64,000 nt of DNA from Chloroflexota bacterium (GCA_003169735.1 PNAP01000034.1:45648-109647), one strand, 5' to 3'; positions 50,017 through 59,873 are shown, numbered from the stretch's first letter. Notes: generated from the letters alone by a model not told the origin. Numbers and translations are program-made.

Positions 50017-50946
50017 ATGACCCACGCGTTCACCATCCGACCGTCAGGCCCGTTCAGCCTGAAGGCGGCCGAGGGCTTCGGCGCTGGATTCGAGTCGGGT
50101 ATCGGAGCCCATGCGACGGGGCCTGGCGTGGTCATGGCGTTCCCGGTCGAAAGCTGGACGTCGAGCGCGGGCGCCGAGGTCTGGCAGGACGCCGACGGCG
50201 TGATCCACGGTGAGCTCAGCGCCTCGGCAGACCCGATCGATCCGTCCGACCTGGCGACGGCACAGGCCCAGGTCGCCAGGTCACTCTCGCTCGACCACGA
50301 TGGTGCCGGCTGGGCTGCTGTCGGCGAACGCGACCCGATCATCGGTCGACTCCAGGCGCGCTACGACTTCCTGCGGCCGGTCTGTTTCTACTCGGCCTAC
50401 GAGGCGGCCACGTCGTTCGTCATCGGGCAACGCATCGCGATGCGCCAGGCGCGCGCCGTGAAGCGTCGCCTCGCCGACGCCTGGGGAGATGCCGTCGACG
50501 TCGGCGGGCTGACGCTGCACGCATTCCCGCGCCCGCGGCCGCTGATGGAAGTCGATGCGGTCCAGGGGTTGAGTGCAGTGAAGATGCAGCGGATCCGCGG
50601 GCTGGCCGAGGCGGCGCTCGACGGTCGCCTCGACAGTGCCCGACTGCGCGCGCTGGCTCCGGAGGAGGCGCTCGCCGAATTGCGGACGCTCCCCGGAGTC
50701 GGGCCGTGGACGGCGCAGGGCATCCTGTTCCGCGGCTGCGGCGTCGTCGACGCACTCCCCGACGCTGACGAGATCAGCCGCGACGCCGTGAAATGGGCGT
50801 ATGAACTCCCCGACACGCCCGATGACGCGACGTGGGCACGGATCTCCGACGGCTGGCGCCCCTACCGCATGTGGGCCACCGTGCTCCTGCACGTGGCCTG
50901 GCGCCGCGATCAGCCAACGACGCCGAGCTACCGGCAGTCGCGCTGA
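50017..50946 (+). CDS. alkA: DNA-3-methyladenine glycosylase II (AlkA, HhH-GPD family)
   Basis: HhH motif LPGVGPWTAQ and catalytic Asp region VVDALPDAD. Confidence 0.75.
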   Translation: MTHAFTIRPSGPFSLKAAEGFGAGFESGIGAHATGPGVVMAFPVESWTSSAGAEVWQDADGVIHGELSASADPIDPSDLATAQAQVARSLSLDHDGAGWAAVGERDPIIGRLQARYDFLRPVCFYSAYEAATSFVIGQRIAMRQARAVKRRLADAWGDAVDVGGLTLHAFPRPRPLMEVDAVQGLSAVKMQRIRGLAEAALDGRLDSARLRALAPEEALAELRTLPGVGPWTAQGILFRGCGVVDALPDADEISRDAVKWAYELPDTPDDATWARISDGWRPYRMWATVLLHVAWRRDQPTTPSYRQSR

Positions 50947-51033
50947 GCGCTACGTCGGTCGCGTTGCGAGCGCGGCGCGCGCGGCGGCCTTGCGAGCGCG
51001 GCGCATGCGGCTTTGCGACCTTGCGCTCGGGCG

Positions 51034-51216
51034 TACTCCGTGCATGGGTACCGTGAGCACAAGCTAGGCGATAAGCCTGACTTCGGGGTCGGATCCACCC
51101 TCCCGAAGGCACCTTGTGGCTCCGTTTAGCACGTGCACGGGTATCCGGGTCGATAAGAAGCCCGCTCCGGGACCTTATCGGCGACCTTCGCTGGACAGTA
51201 CCCATGCAGGGAGTAC
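51034..51216. ncRNA. Candidate structured RNA (~180 nt) closed by a 19-bp stem
   Basis: GTACTCCGTGCATGGGTAC at 51034-52 pairs with GTACCCATGCAGGGAGTAC at 51198-216 with one mismatch. The interior has multiple hairpins, and the region is gene-free between convergent genes. Confidence 0.3.
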
Positions 51217-51287
51217 GGAGACGCTCAAGGCGTCGACCGGCGCTCCTCGAACTGCCCGCGCGCGGCTGAGTGCCGCGCCTGCGCTCT

Positions 51288-53621
51288 CTAGCCTGGTCCC
51301 ACTCCTGGCGCGCCGACTCCTTCGCGGGAGTCGGATCCAGAGTCCGAGTCGGAGTCTCTCGACAGGTGCGACGGCCACCAATTCCATCGACCGAGCAACA
51401 CGACCAGGGACGGGACGAGCAGCGACCGAACGAGGAACGAGTCAAGCAGCACGCCGGCGGCGACGCCGTAGCCGATCTGCTGGATCTGAGCGCCACCTGC
51501 CGTGCTCCCCGCCGCGATGGCGAGCGTGGCGAAGCTGCCGCCAAGGATGACGCCGGCGGTCGTGATGGTGCTGCCGGTCTTGCCGACCGCGAGTGCCACC
51601 GCCTGGCGGAGCGGCAGGCCATGGGCTTCCTCGCGGATGCGGCTCATGATCAGGATGTTGTAATCCGAGCCGAGCGCCATCAGGAACACGAACATCAGGA
51701 ACGGCAGCACGAAGTTGAGTCCCGCCTGGCCGCCGATATGGACGAAGATGATGCCGGTCAGGCCGAGCGCCGCGAGGTACGACAGGATGACGCTGACCAC
51801 GAGGTAGACCGGCGCCACAAGGCTGCGAACGACCAGCGCCAGCAGGAAGGCGATGAGCAGCGCCACGATCGGGATGATCAGCCACAGGTCGGACGCGGAG
51901 ATGCTGCTCACGTCATACGACAGTGCGGAGAGACCGAACAGGCCGTTCTGGCTCGCGCCGGCCTGCTGTGCGACCCCGGCGATGTCCTTGCGGATGCCCG
52001 GCACGGCGTCGAGGGCGGCCGGGCTCGATGAGTCGGCGCCGCCGACCTGGGCCGACCACTGGACGGTATGCCCGTCGCCGCTGATCACCTGGCCGAGCGC
52101 GAGATAGCCGTTGTAGACCCGTGGATCGAGCGTCACCGTGGCCGGTTCCGCCGAAGGCAGGTCCCGCGGCGGGCCCAGCGTCGCGTAGAGCTGGACCAAC
52201 TGGTCGAGCTGGTCAACCGTGATGGGCACCCCGTTGGGGTCGAGCGGTCCGACCAGATCGGCCAGCTCGGGCAAAGCCGCGAGGCCGCCCTGCGCCACCG
52301 TGATCGGCGCCGGGTCGGTCCAGACCGATGTCGCAAACGTCATCAGGACGGTGCTGCGTGTCTGCCCGGCAGACGGGAAGTGAGAGGTCAGGAGCGCCGT
52401 GCCCTTGGCAGAGTCGGTGCCGGCAGCAGAACCCGACGCGTCGCCGAAGCCGGCCGTACCGGTCGAGAGGAGCGTCAGTGACAGCGCCGAGAAGAGGACG
52501 AGGCCGACGACGAGCGTCGCCAGCGGCCGGCGGGTCGAGATGACCCCGACGCGCTCCCAGAGACCGCGTGACTCGACCGAAGCGGGTGTCGTCCGGCCCG
52601 GCCAGAAGACCTTGCGTCCGAGGATGGCGAGGAGCGCGGGCAGGAGCGTCAGGCCGGCCAGCAACATCAGCGCGATACCGATGGCGAGCGGCGGTCCCAT
52701 CGTCTGGTAGAGCCCGAACTTGGCCAGCACGAGCGCCATCAGCGCGACGATGACGGTGAATGCGGAGAAACTGATCGATTCGCCGACGCGCGTGACCGAC
52801 CGGATGACGGCCTCATGCGGCGTCAGGCCTCGCCGCAGCTCCTCCCGTACGCGGAATACGAGGAAGACGCCGTAGTCGGTGCCGGCCCCGAGGATCAGCA
52901 CGACCAGGATGAACTGCGTGATGCTCGAGGCCTGGACGCCGAGGTTGGTCGCCTCGGCGATGACCGGGCCCGATAGGACGAGCACGAAGATGGCCGGGAT
53001 GAGCGTGACGAGGGGGGCCAGCGGTGCCCGGAAGGCGAGCAGCAGCAGGATGATGATGAGGATGCCCGAGAACTTGCCGGTGTTGTCGAGCGAGCTGTTC
53101 TGAGCCGATCCGTTGTCGATGCCGGTGGCCAGCTGCCCCGTCAGGTGGACTTCCAGGCCGGCTGGCGCCCCTGCCGAGGTGAAGGTGGCGCGGATCCCAT
53201 CGACGAGTGCCTGGCCGGGACCGCCGATGCCGAATTGGGGGACGTCGGCCTGAACGAGCATCAGGCGCGCGGAGCCATCGGCCGAAACGTCGACGTCGAT
53301 GACGGTCTTGACGTTGGCGATCTTGGCGATGTCGCTCTTGATGGTCTCGAGTGCCGCCGTGTCGGCCGCGGTCAGGCCACCATCGCGGGCCGCCACGATG
53401 TACGCACTCGCCAGCGAGGAGCTCTCGAAGGGATCGGCCATCGCCGCCGCCTGCATCGATGGCGAATCGGCCGGCAGGAAGCCCGATGTGGTGTCCTTCG
53501 TGACGCTCGCCAGCGAGGGCAGCAATTGGACCGCTGCGATGGTGATGACGATCCAGGCCGCCACGATCAGGTAGCGATAGCGAACACTGAAGCGCCCGAG
53601 AGTCTCGAAGATGGTTGTCAT
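51288..53621 (-). CDS. MMPL family RND-type transporter
   Basis: 777 aa with 12 TM segments and two periplasmic porter domains. It has a C-terminal SRDSDSDSGSDS tail. Confidence 0.85.
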   Translation of the reverse strand: MTTIFETLGRFSVRYRYLIVAAWIVITIAAVQLLPSLASVTKDTTSGFLPADSPSMQAAAMADPFESSSLASAYIVAARDGGLTAADTAALETIKSDIAKIANVKTVIDVDVSADGSARLMLVQADVPQFGIGGPGQALVDGIRATFTSAGAPAGLEVHLTGQLATGIDNGSAQNSSLDNTGKFSGILIIILLLLAFRAPLAPLVTLIPAIFVLVLSGPVIAEATNLGVQASSITQFILVVLILGAGTDYGVFLVFRVREELRRGLTPHEAVIRSVTRVGESISFSAFTVIVALMALVLAKFGLYQTMGPPLAIGIALMLLAGLTLLPALLAILGRKVFWPGRTTPASVESRGLWERVGVISTRRPLATLVVGLVLFSALSLTLLSTGTAGFGDASGSAAGTDSAKGTALLTSHFPSAGQTRSTVLMTFATSVWTDPAPITVAQGGLAALPELADLVGPLDPNGVPITVDQLDQLVQLYATLGPPRDLPSAEPATVTLDPRVYNGYLALGQVISGDGHTVQWSAQVGGADSSSPAALDAVPGIRKDIAGVAQQAGASQNGLFGLSALSYDVSSISASDLWLIIPIVALLIAFLLALVVRSLVAPVYLVVSVILSYLAALGLTGIIFVHIGGQAGLNFVLPFLMFVFLMALGSDYNILIMSRIREEAHGLPLRQAVALAVGKTGSTITTAGVILGGSFATLAIAAGSTAGGAQIQQIGYGVAAGVLLDSFLVRSLLVPSLVVLLGRWNWWPSHLSRDSDSDSGSDSREGVGAPGVGPG

Positions 53622-53630
53622 GCCATAACC

Positions 53631-54875
53631 TTATCCGAAGGGGACGGCATGCGCTCCGAGCCCGACCACCCCGCCGACGACCATCAGCGGGACCGCCGCG
53701 CGAGGCCATCGGAGCAGGGCGGCGAACGCACCGACCACCAGCACAAGAGTGAGCGCGTCAACGACCGTGGCGCGGGCGAGCTGGACCGTCACCGCGGCCA
53801 TCAGGCCGAGCGAGGCGGCGTTGACGCCGTCCAGGAGCGCGGCGGCGACCGGTGATGCGCGCAACCGCGGCACGAACGGGTGGACGAGCGCCACGCCGAC
53901 GAACGCCGGCAGGAAGATGGCGACCGTCGCCACGACCGCGCCCGGAACCCCGGCCAGGAGATAGCCGATGAAGGTGGCCGCGGTGTAGACGGGGCCGGGC
54001 GTGACCTGCCCGACGGCCACGGCGTCGAGCAGCTGGCGGTCGGTGAGCAGGCCGAGGCCCTGGACGAGGTCGGCGTGAAGGAACGCGACAAGGACGTAGC
54101 CACTGCCGAAGGAGAGCAGCCCGATCTTGAGGAACAGGACGAATAGCGAGGGCAGGCCGATCGTGCCAGTAGCTACGGCCAACACGAACGCGCGCAGGCC
54201 CGACGGGCTGACCGGGCCCGGCACGCCCCGACCGATGTTGACGACCGCGGCAGCCATCGCCCCACCCAGGCCAGAGGCTCCGCGACGCACGCCGCGCCAC
54301 GCGAGACCGGCCACACCGCCGCCGACGATGAGCAGCAGCGGGTCGACGCCGAGCAGCAGCGCCGCTACGACGACGCCGGCGATCGCCCAGGTGAAGAGGC
54401 CCTTCAGGGCCACCGGCGCCATCCCCGCCACGGCCAGGGCGACGATCGCCACGACCACCGGCTGGATCCCGTAGAGCAGCCACCCGACCGCGGGCTGAGA
54501 CCCGAACCGCTCATAGCCGATGGCGAGGACGAGGACCGTGATCGCTGCCGGCCCGATGAAACCGAACCCCGCTGCCAGGAGCCCGCGCCAGCCGGCGCGC
54601 GTCTGGCCGATGGCCAGGGCGACCTCGGTCGATGTCGGACCCGGCAGCAGGTTGGCCGTGCCCAGCAGGTCGAGGAATGTCTGTTCGGACAGCCAGCCGA
54701 GTTCATGCACGAACCGCCGTCGGAAGAGCGCCAGGTGCGCGGACGGGCCACCGAACCCGATGATGCCGAGCCTCAGGAACTCGCGGAGGACCGGCAGCGC
54801 CGAGCTCGGGCCAGAGGGACCGCCCATGAGGTCGCCCGAGCCGTCGCCTGCGCCCTCGGTCGCGCCCGGGCCCAC
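53631..54875 (-). CDS. chrA: Chromate transporter (ChrA, CHR family; fused tandem domains)
   Basis: LKLGLLSFGGGY-like motifs in both halves (GIIGFGGP and GLLSFGSGY). Confidence 0.8.
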   Translation of the reverse strand: MGPGATEGAGDGSGDLMGGPSGPSSALPVLREFLRLGIIGFGGPSAHLALFRRRFVHELGWLSEQTFLDLLGTANLLPGPTSTEVALAIGQTRAGWRGLLAAGFGFIGPAAITVLVLAIGYERFGSQPAVGWLLYGIQPVVVAIVALAVAGMAPVALKGLFTWAIAGVVVAALLLGVDPLLLIVGGGVAGLAWRGVRRGASGLGGAMAAAVVNIGRGVPGPVSPSGLRAFVLAVATGTIGLPSLFVLFLKIGLLSFGSGYVLVAFLHADLVQGLGLLTDRQLLDAVAVGQVTPGPVYTAATFIGYLLAGVPGAVVATVAIFLPAFVGVALVHPFVPRLRASPVAAALLDGVNAASLGLMAAVTVQLARATVVDALTLVLVVGAFAALLRWPRAAVPLMVVGGVVGLGAHAVPFG

Positions 54876-54877
54876 CG

Positions 54878-55858
54878 TCAGTCGATCGTGAAGTAGTCGG
54901 GTCCCTGGTAGCGGCCGGTGCGCTCCTTGCGGATCTGCATCAGGACGTCGTTGAGCAGGCTGCTGGCGCCGAACCGGAAGAGCTCCGGCGTCATCCAGCG
55001 CGGACCGAGCGTCTCGTAGAGGACGACGAGATAGGCGATGGCCTCCTTGGCCGTCCGGATCCCGCCGGCCGGCTTCATGCCCACCACTCGACCGGTTCGC
55101 CGATGGAAATCGCGGATGGCCTCGAGCATCACGAGCGTCACCGGGAGCGTCGCGGCAGGCGTTACCTTGCCCGTCGAGGTCTTGATGAAGTCGGCGCCGG
55201 CGGCCATGGCCAGGATGCTCGCGCGGCGGACGTTATCGAACGTCTCGAGCTCGCCCGTCTCAAGGATGACCTTGAGATGGGCCGGGGCTGCGGCCGCCTT
55301 GACCGCCACGATCTCCTCGAAGACCGCTGCGTAGTCGCCCTCCAGGAACGCGCCACGGTCGATGACCATGTCGATCTCGTCGGCGCCGGCTTCGGCGGCC
55401 TGGCGGACCTCCATGAGCTTGACGTCGGTCCACGTCTGGCCGCTCGGGAAACCGGTGGCCACGCTGGCCACCTTGACCGTGCTGCCCTTGAGCGCGTCCT
55501 TCGCGACGCGGATCTGGGCGGGGTAGATGCAGATGGCGGCCACGCTGGGAATGGCCGGATCGGACGGATCGGGACGCATGCCTTTGGCGCACAGGGCGCG
55601 GACCTTGCCCTCGGTGTCCTTTCCTTCGAGCGTCGTCAGGTCGATCATGCGGATGGCGAGGTCGAGCGCCCAGAGTTTCGATTCGCGCTTGATGGAACGC
55701 TTCCGCAGACTCTCGACGCGTTCGTTGATGCCGACCTGGTCGACGCCGCCGACACGGTCGATCAGCGCGTTGAGCGATCCAGGTCGGCCGGACCAGGCAC
55801 TGACCAGGACGGAAGCCTGGGCGTCCGCCGCCTCGCGAGACTCGACGATGGTGCTCAC
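54878..55858 (-). CDS. deoC: Deoxyribose-phosphate aldolase (long form)
   Basis: MIDLTTL, DMVIDRG, catalytic Lys region KVILETG, and ADFIKTSTG. Confidence 0.8.
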   Translation of the reverse strand: MSTIVESREAADAQASVLVSAWSGRPGSLNALIDRVGGVDQVGINERVESLRKRSIKRESKLWALDLAIRMIDLTTLEGKDTEGKVRALCAKGMRPDPSDPAIPSVAAICIYPAQIRVAKDALKGSTVKVASVATGFPSGQTWTDVKLMEVRQAAEAGADEIDMVIDRGAFLEGDYAAVFEEIVAVKAAAAPAHLKVILETGELETFDNVRRASILAMAAGADFIKTSTGKVTPAATLPVTLVMLEAIRDFHRRTGRVVGMKPAGGIRTAKEAIAYLVVLYETLGPRWMTPELFRFGASSLLNDVLMQIRKERTGRYQGPDYFTID

Positions 55859-55893
55859 GGGCGCATCCTACGCCGCGTGCCGGGGCCGCGCCA

Positions 55894-56217
55894 GTGCTTG
55901 ACAACGAGCCGACGACGTGTGACCTTGCGGTCACCATGCAGGAGCGCGACGCGGCACTCGATCGGCTCTGTGGCTGCCTGGCGGATGCCACCCGCCGGCG
56001 GATCTACCAGGAACTCGGTCGTCGTCCGGGCCTGACCACGGCCGAACTCGCCGCCTGGGAACCCCGCATGACCCGCTGGGCGATCATGAAGCACCTCACC
56101 GTGTTGCGCGAAGCCGGACTGATCCAGACGATGCCCCAGGGCCGGCGACGGCGCCACTTCCGGGATGAACGCGGATTGGCACCACTTCGGGAGTGGCTCG
56201 GATCAGGAGCGCCGTGA
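55894..56217 (+). CDS. ArsR/SmtB family transcriptional regulator
   Basis: LADATRRRIYQEL...TAELA...HLTVLREAGLI winged HTH. Confidence 0.7.
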   Translation: MLDNEPTTCDLAVTMQERDAALDRLCGCLADATRRRIYQELGRRPGLTTAELAAWEPRMTRWAIMKHLTVLREAGLIQTMPQGRRRRHFRDERGLAPLREWLGSGAP

Positions 56218-56587
56218 TGGCTTGTGGCGAGTGATGCCGACGGGAGGGTCGAGCCGGCACAGAATGTGCCCAAGTCTCCGTCGGGCGCGACGCCGGCGAT
56301 GCTCGCTGGGCGAGCAAGATCGGCGTGGGAGCAGCATCGACAGCGCTCGCGGGGCGTCAGATCGGGCGATGGTGCTGAATAGGCGCGATCTGTCCCGAGA
56401 TTCGTGGATATCGCCGTGCATGATCCAGCGACGAGTGGGTAGAACGGCGATCGAGTGTCGTTCCGAGGCCGCAGCGCCTGCACCATGGTCGGACATGCTC
56501 GCTGAGCGAGCGGACCTGGCCCGCGGGGCGCGAAACCGGCCGAGTTCCGCGAAACGACCGCCCAGGTCGAGCCGACGGGCAGCGCCG

Positions 56588-57565
56588 CTAACCCTCCGGG
56601 TTCCCGGCCACGAGTTCTGAGAGGCGTTCGGGCCAAGCGTCGTCGACGAGCCAGGCGGCGAGGATGGCGCCTTCGCGGAGGCTCGCGTCGGACACCTCGA
56701 GGCGCTCCAGCTCGTAGCGGAGCAGCACCGCCTCGGCCATCGCAGCGCCGGCGGCCAGTTGCCGGGCTCGCCGCAGGTTCACGCCGCGGGTCGCAACCAA
56801 CTCCGCCGCCGGGGTCGACGCCAGCGCGGCGAATGCCTTTTCCAGCCGATCTCGGTCGAGGACGGCCGATTCGACCCGCATCAGGCGGCAGAGGTTCGTC
56901 CCCGAGCCACCGACCAGCACGCCCCGCTCGGGATGCCCGGCTGGCATGCCGTCGAGCAACCGCTTCGCCTCGGCGCGCAGCGAATTGATCTCGAACCAGG
57001 ACGGTGGGTCGTGCTCGACCAACGCCGACGTCAGGCGTGACGAACCGGTCGGGATGGCGCCGACCAATGGATCGGACCCTGGCGCGGCAAGGATGATCTC
57101 GGTCGAGCCGCCGCCGATGTCCATCACCAGGAGCCGGTCCGTGGCCGGCCGGCCGCGCGTCACACCGAGGAGCGTCAGTTCCGCCTCCGCCTCGTGGCTC
57201 AACAGGTGGAGCGGCCGCCCGGTCGCGCGCAGCACATCAGCCTGCACGACGGACCGGTTGGCGGCACGGCGGAACGGTTCGGTGGCGACGAGCGTGATAC
57301 GGCCGGCGCCGATGGCCCGCGATCGCTCCACGTAGTCGGCGATCGCGGCGACGGTCGCCTCGCCCGCGTCGGGCGGCAACGAGCCCTCGCGATCGACGAT
57401 CGCACCGAGCCCCAGCAGCACGCTCTCGTCGAGCAGCGAGCGGAGATAGGCGACTCCGCCATCGACGCCGACGGCGGCGATGAGCAGATGGATGCTGTTG
57501 CTGCCGACGTCGATGGCCGCACCGATCGTGCCGCTGGTGCCGCCGGCACCCGGGGTGACGGTCAT
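56588..57565 (-). CDS. ppx: Exopolyphosphatase / guanosine pentaphosphate phosphohydrolase (Ppx/GppA family)
   Basis: AAIDVGSNSIHLLIA and DIGGGSTE motifs. Start chosen at MTVTPG, 4 bp from the upstream stop. Confidence 0.8.
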   Translation of the reverse strand: MTVTPGAGGTSGTIGAAIDVGSNSIHLLIAAVGVDGGVAYLRSLLDESVLLGLGAIVDREGSLPPDAGEATVAAIADYVERSRAIGAGRITLVATEPFRRAANRSVVQADVLRATGRPLHLLSHEAEAELTLLGVTRGRPATDRLLVMDIGGGSTEIILAAPGSDPLVGAIPTGSSRLTSALVEHDPPSWFEINSLRAEAKRLLDGMPAGHPERGVLVGGSGTNLCRLMRVESAVLDRDRLEKAFAALASTPAAELVATRGVNLRRARQLAAGAAMAEAVLLRYELERLEVSDASLREGAILAAWLVDDAWPERLSELVAGNPEG

Positions 57566-57569
57566 CGGG

Positions 57570-59693
57570 TCAGATCGGGGGAAGGCCGCTCTTGCCTTCG
57601 ATGAGGTAGTGGGTGAACCAGTCGCGGATGCGCTCGACGTTCTCGACGCGCCGGAACGGCGCGCCACTGCGCGTCAGCTCGTGGGATTCCTCGGGCACAC
57701 GCATCAGCCGCACCGTCCGCCGGAGCGATCGAAGCACGGTGAAGAGTTCCTCGGCCTGGGTGATCGGGCAGCGCAGATCCTGCTCGGAGTGCTGGATGAG
57801 GAGCGGCGTGTGGATGTCGACCGCATAGCTGAGCGGGCTGTGCCGTCGGTAGAGCTCGGGGTCCTCCCACGGGTTGGCGCCGTACTCGTATTTGCCGAAG
57901 AGCGGCCCGCTGATGTCGCCACTGAGCATCTCGGAGGTCATATCGTTGACCGATCGACAGGTCACGGCGGCCTTGAATCGGTCGGTATGCCCGACCATCC
58001 AGCTGGTCAGATAGCCGCCGTAGGAGCCGCCGGTCACGCCCAGGCGCTCGGGGTCGGCCAGGCCATCGGCCACCAGCGCATCGACGCCGGCCATGATGTC
58101 GCGCATCGGCCCGTCGCCCCAGTCGCCGAAGTTGGCGTAGCAGAACTCTTCGCCATAGCCCTGCGAGCCACGTGGGTTGCAGGCGTAGACGCTCATCCCC
58201 TTGGCCACCAGGCACTGCCACTCCCAGATGAGCGACCAACCGTAGAGCGTGGCCGGGCCGCCGTGGATCTCTACCACCAGCGGCGCCGGCTTGCCGGAGC
58301 GCCCCTTGGCCTCCAGGAACCAGCCCTGGATGCGCCGCCGGTCGACCTCGTGCCAGCGCTCCACCGGCACGGCCGGCTGGACCTCGCCCCAGGCCGCGCC
58401 CATCAGTTGGCTCAAGCGCCGGTGTTCCACCGGCCGAGGAGGGAGCGCGCCAAGCGCCGGGAACTCGTATCCCACGATATCCGGCGTCTCCTCGCCAGAT
58501 AGGCGGATCGCCGCCACGCGCACGCGATCACCCGCGGGCGCCGCATCCGGGCGCGTGACCACATGGTGCCCCTCGGTCAGCCGCTCGACGCGATGGCCAT
58601 CGATGACGACCCGCCACAACTCGTAGCTTCCCTCGATGGGCGCCGCGAACAGGATCGATTTGCCGTTGCCGTCCCAGTGCAGGTGCGGGTCCGCGAAGCC
58701 GAACAGGTCGCTGTTCATCCCCGAGGCGATCATCAGATCGCTCGCGCCACTGAGGTTATCGCCCTCCTCGTCAGCCCCGACCCGGAAGCGCCACACGTCG
58801 TTGCGCGAGGCGTTGCCGGCCGGGTACCGATGACCCATCGCCGCCAGCCACTTGCCATCAGGGCTCCAGGCCGGATGGGTGAAGGTCCGGTCGCCTCGCC
58901 CGCCCGAAACGCGCGTGACCTTGCCACCGTCGGCACCGACGAGATACAGGTCGTAGCGCCACGTCAGGTCAGCATCGGGATGGCGCCGCGAGACGAAGCA
59001 GATGCGCCTGCCGTCCGGGCTCCAGGTCGGCTCCTCATCGACGCTCTTTCCCGAGGTGATGCGCCGCGCCGCTCCGTCCCCGACATCGACGACCCACAAG
59101 TTGGGCGGCTTGTCGTAGATGAAACCGGCGCCGTTGAGCATGTATTGGAGGTGGTCGATGAGGCGGAAGTCGCGATCGGGCGGATCGCCGGGTTGGCGCT
59201 TCGATGCCGGACGGCTGGCCGAGGTGGCGGCTGACACGATGCACAGGCGGCGACCGTCGGGGCTCCAGGCGATGTCCGAGACGCTTTCGGGCAGCCGCGT
59301 CAGCTGGCTCGCCTCGCCGCCATCGGTCGGCAACAGCCAGACCTGCGTGGCATCGGTCGGCGGCTTGCCTGCCGCAGCCGCCGCGGCCGCGGGATCCTTC
59401 GGTCGATCGTCCGCGCCGCCTGCCCGCAGCACGCTGCCGCGGTCGCTCAGGAACGCCACCCAGCGGCCGTCCGGGCTCCAGCGCGGGCTCGTGTCGTTCT
59501 TCGCGCCGAGCGTCAGCCGACGCGCCGGCTCCGAGCCATCGAACGGCGCCATCCAGAGCGATTGGCGGTAGCCATCCTTGTCCGGCGCGACCTCCTTGAC
59601 GACGAAGCAGACACGGCGTCCATCGGGCGAGATGCGCACGTCGGTCGGGACCCGAAGGGTGTAGAGATCATCGGCGCGTGGGGCGCGGGCCAT
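57570..59693 (-). CDS. S9 family serine peptidase (prolyl oligopeptidase/acylaminoacyl peptidase) with N-terminal beta-propeller
   Basis: Repeated SPDGRR and WSPDG propeller blades, a catalytic GGSYGGY nucleophile elbow, and a C-terminal His. Confidence 0.8.
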   Translation of the reverse strand: MARAPRADDLYTLRVPTDVRISPDGRRVCFVVKEVAPDKDGYRQSLWMAPFDGSEPARRLTLGAKNDTSPRWSPDGRWVAFLSDRGSVLRAGGADDRPKDPAAAAAAAGKPPTDATQVWLLPTDGGEASQLTRLPESVSDIAWSPDGRRLCIVSAATSASRPASKRQPGDPPDRDFRLIDHLQYMLNGAGFIYDKPPNLWVVDVGDGAARRITSGKSVDEEPTWSPDGRRICFVSRRHPDADLTWRYDLYLVGADGGKVTRVSGGRGDRTFTHPAWSPDGKWLAAMGHRYPAGNASRNDVWRFRVGADEEGDNLSGASDLMIASGMNSDLFGFADPHLHWDGNGKSILFAAPIEGSYELWRVVIDGHRVERLTEGHHVVTRPDAAPAGDRVRVAAIRLSGEETPDIVGYEFPALGALPPRPVEHRRLSQLMGAAWGEVQPAVPVERWHEVDRRRIQGWFLEAKGRSGKPAPLVVEIHGGPATLYGWSLIWEWQCLVAKGMSVYACNPRGSQGYGEEFCYANFGDWGDGPMRDIMAGVDALVADGLADPERLGVTGGSYGGYLTSWMVGHTDRFKAAVTCRSVNDMTSEMLSGDISGPLFGKYEYGANPWEDPELYRRHSPLSYAVDIHTPLLIQHSEQDLRCPITQAEELFTVLRSLRRTVRLMRVPEESHELTRSGAPFRRVENVERIRDWFTHYLIEGKSGLPPI

Positions 59694-59816
59694 GGCTCAA
59701 CCTCGGTCTTTGGGCGCGTGGAATGCAGGTGGTTTCGGCGGTCTTCCAGTCTAGTCCGACACGCGCCGGAGCAATCGACGGCCGGCATCGGGACTTCCGG
59801 CCCTCGAGCGGCCGGG

Positions 59817-59866
59817 GATGCGGATGTCGGCACGGATCGCGCGACGGATGTCGGCACGGATCGCGG
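59817..59866. repeat. Tandem direct repeat, 2 x ~24 bp (CGGATGTCGGCACGGATCGCG)
   Basis: GGATGTCGGCACGGATCGCG occurs twice, 4 nt apart, in the intergenic space between the MFS stop and the peptidase promoter. Confidence 0.5.
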
Positions 59867-59873
59867 CCGGCGG

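Noticed and set aside
56165-56620. 151-aa ORF in the ArsR/ppx spacer
   Set aside because: It has low GC3 and no homology. The region looks non-coding and hairpin-rich.
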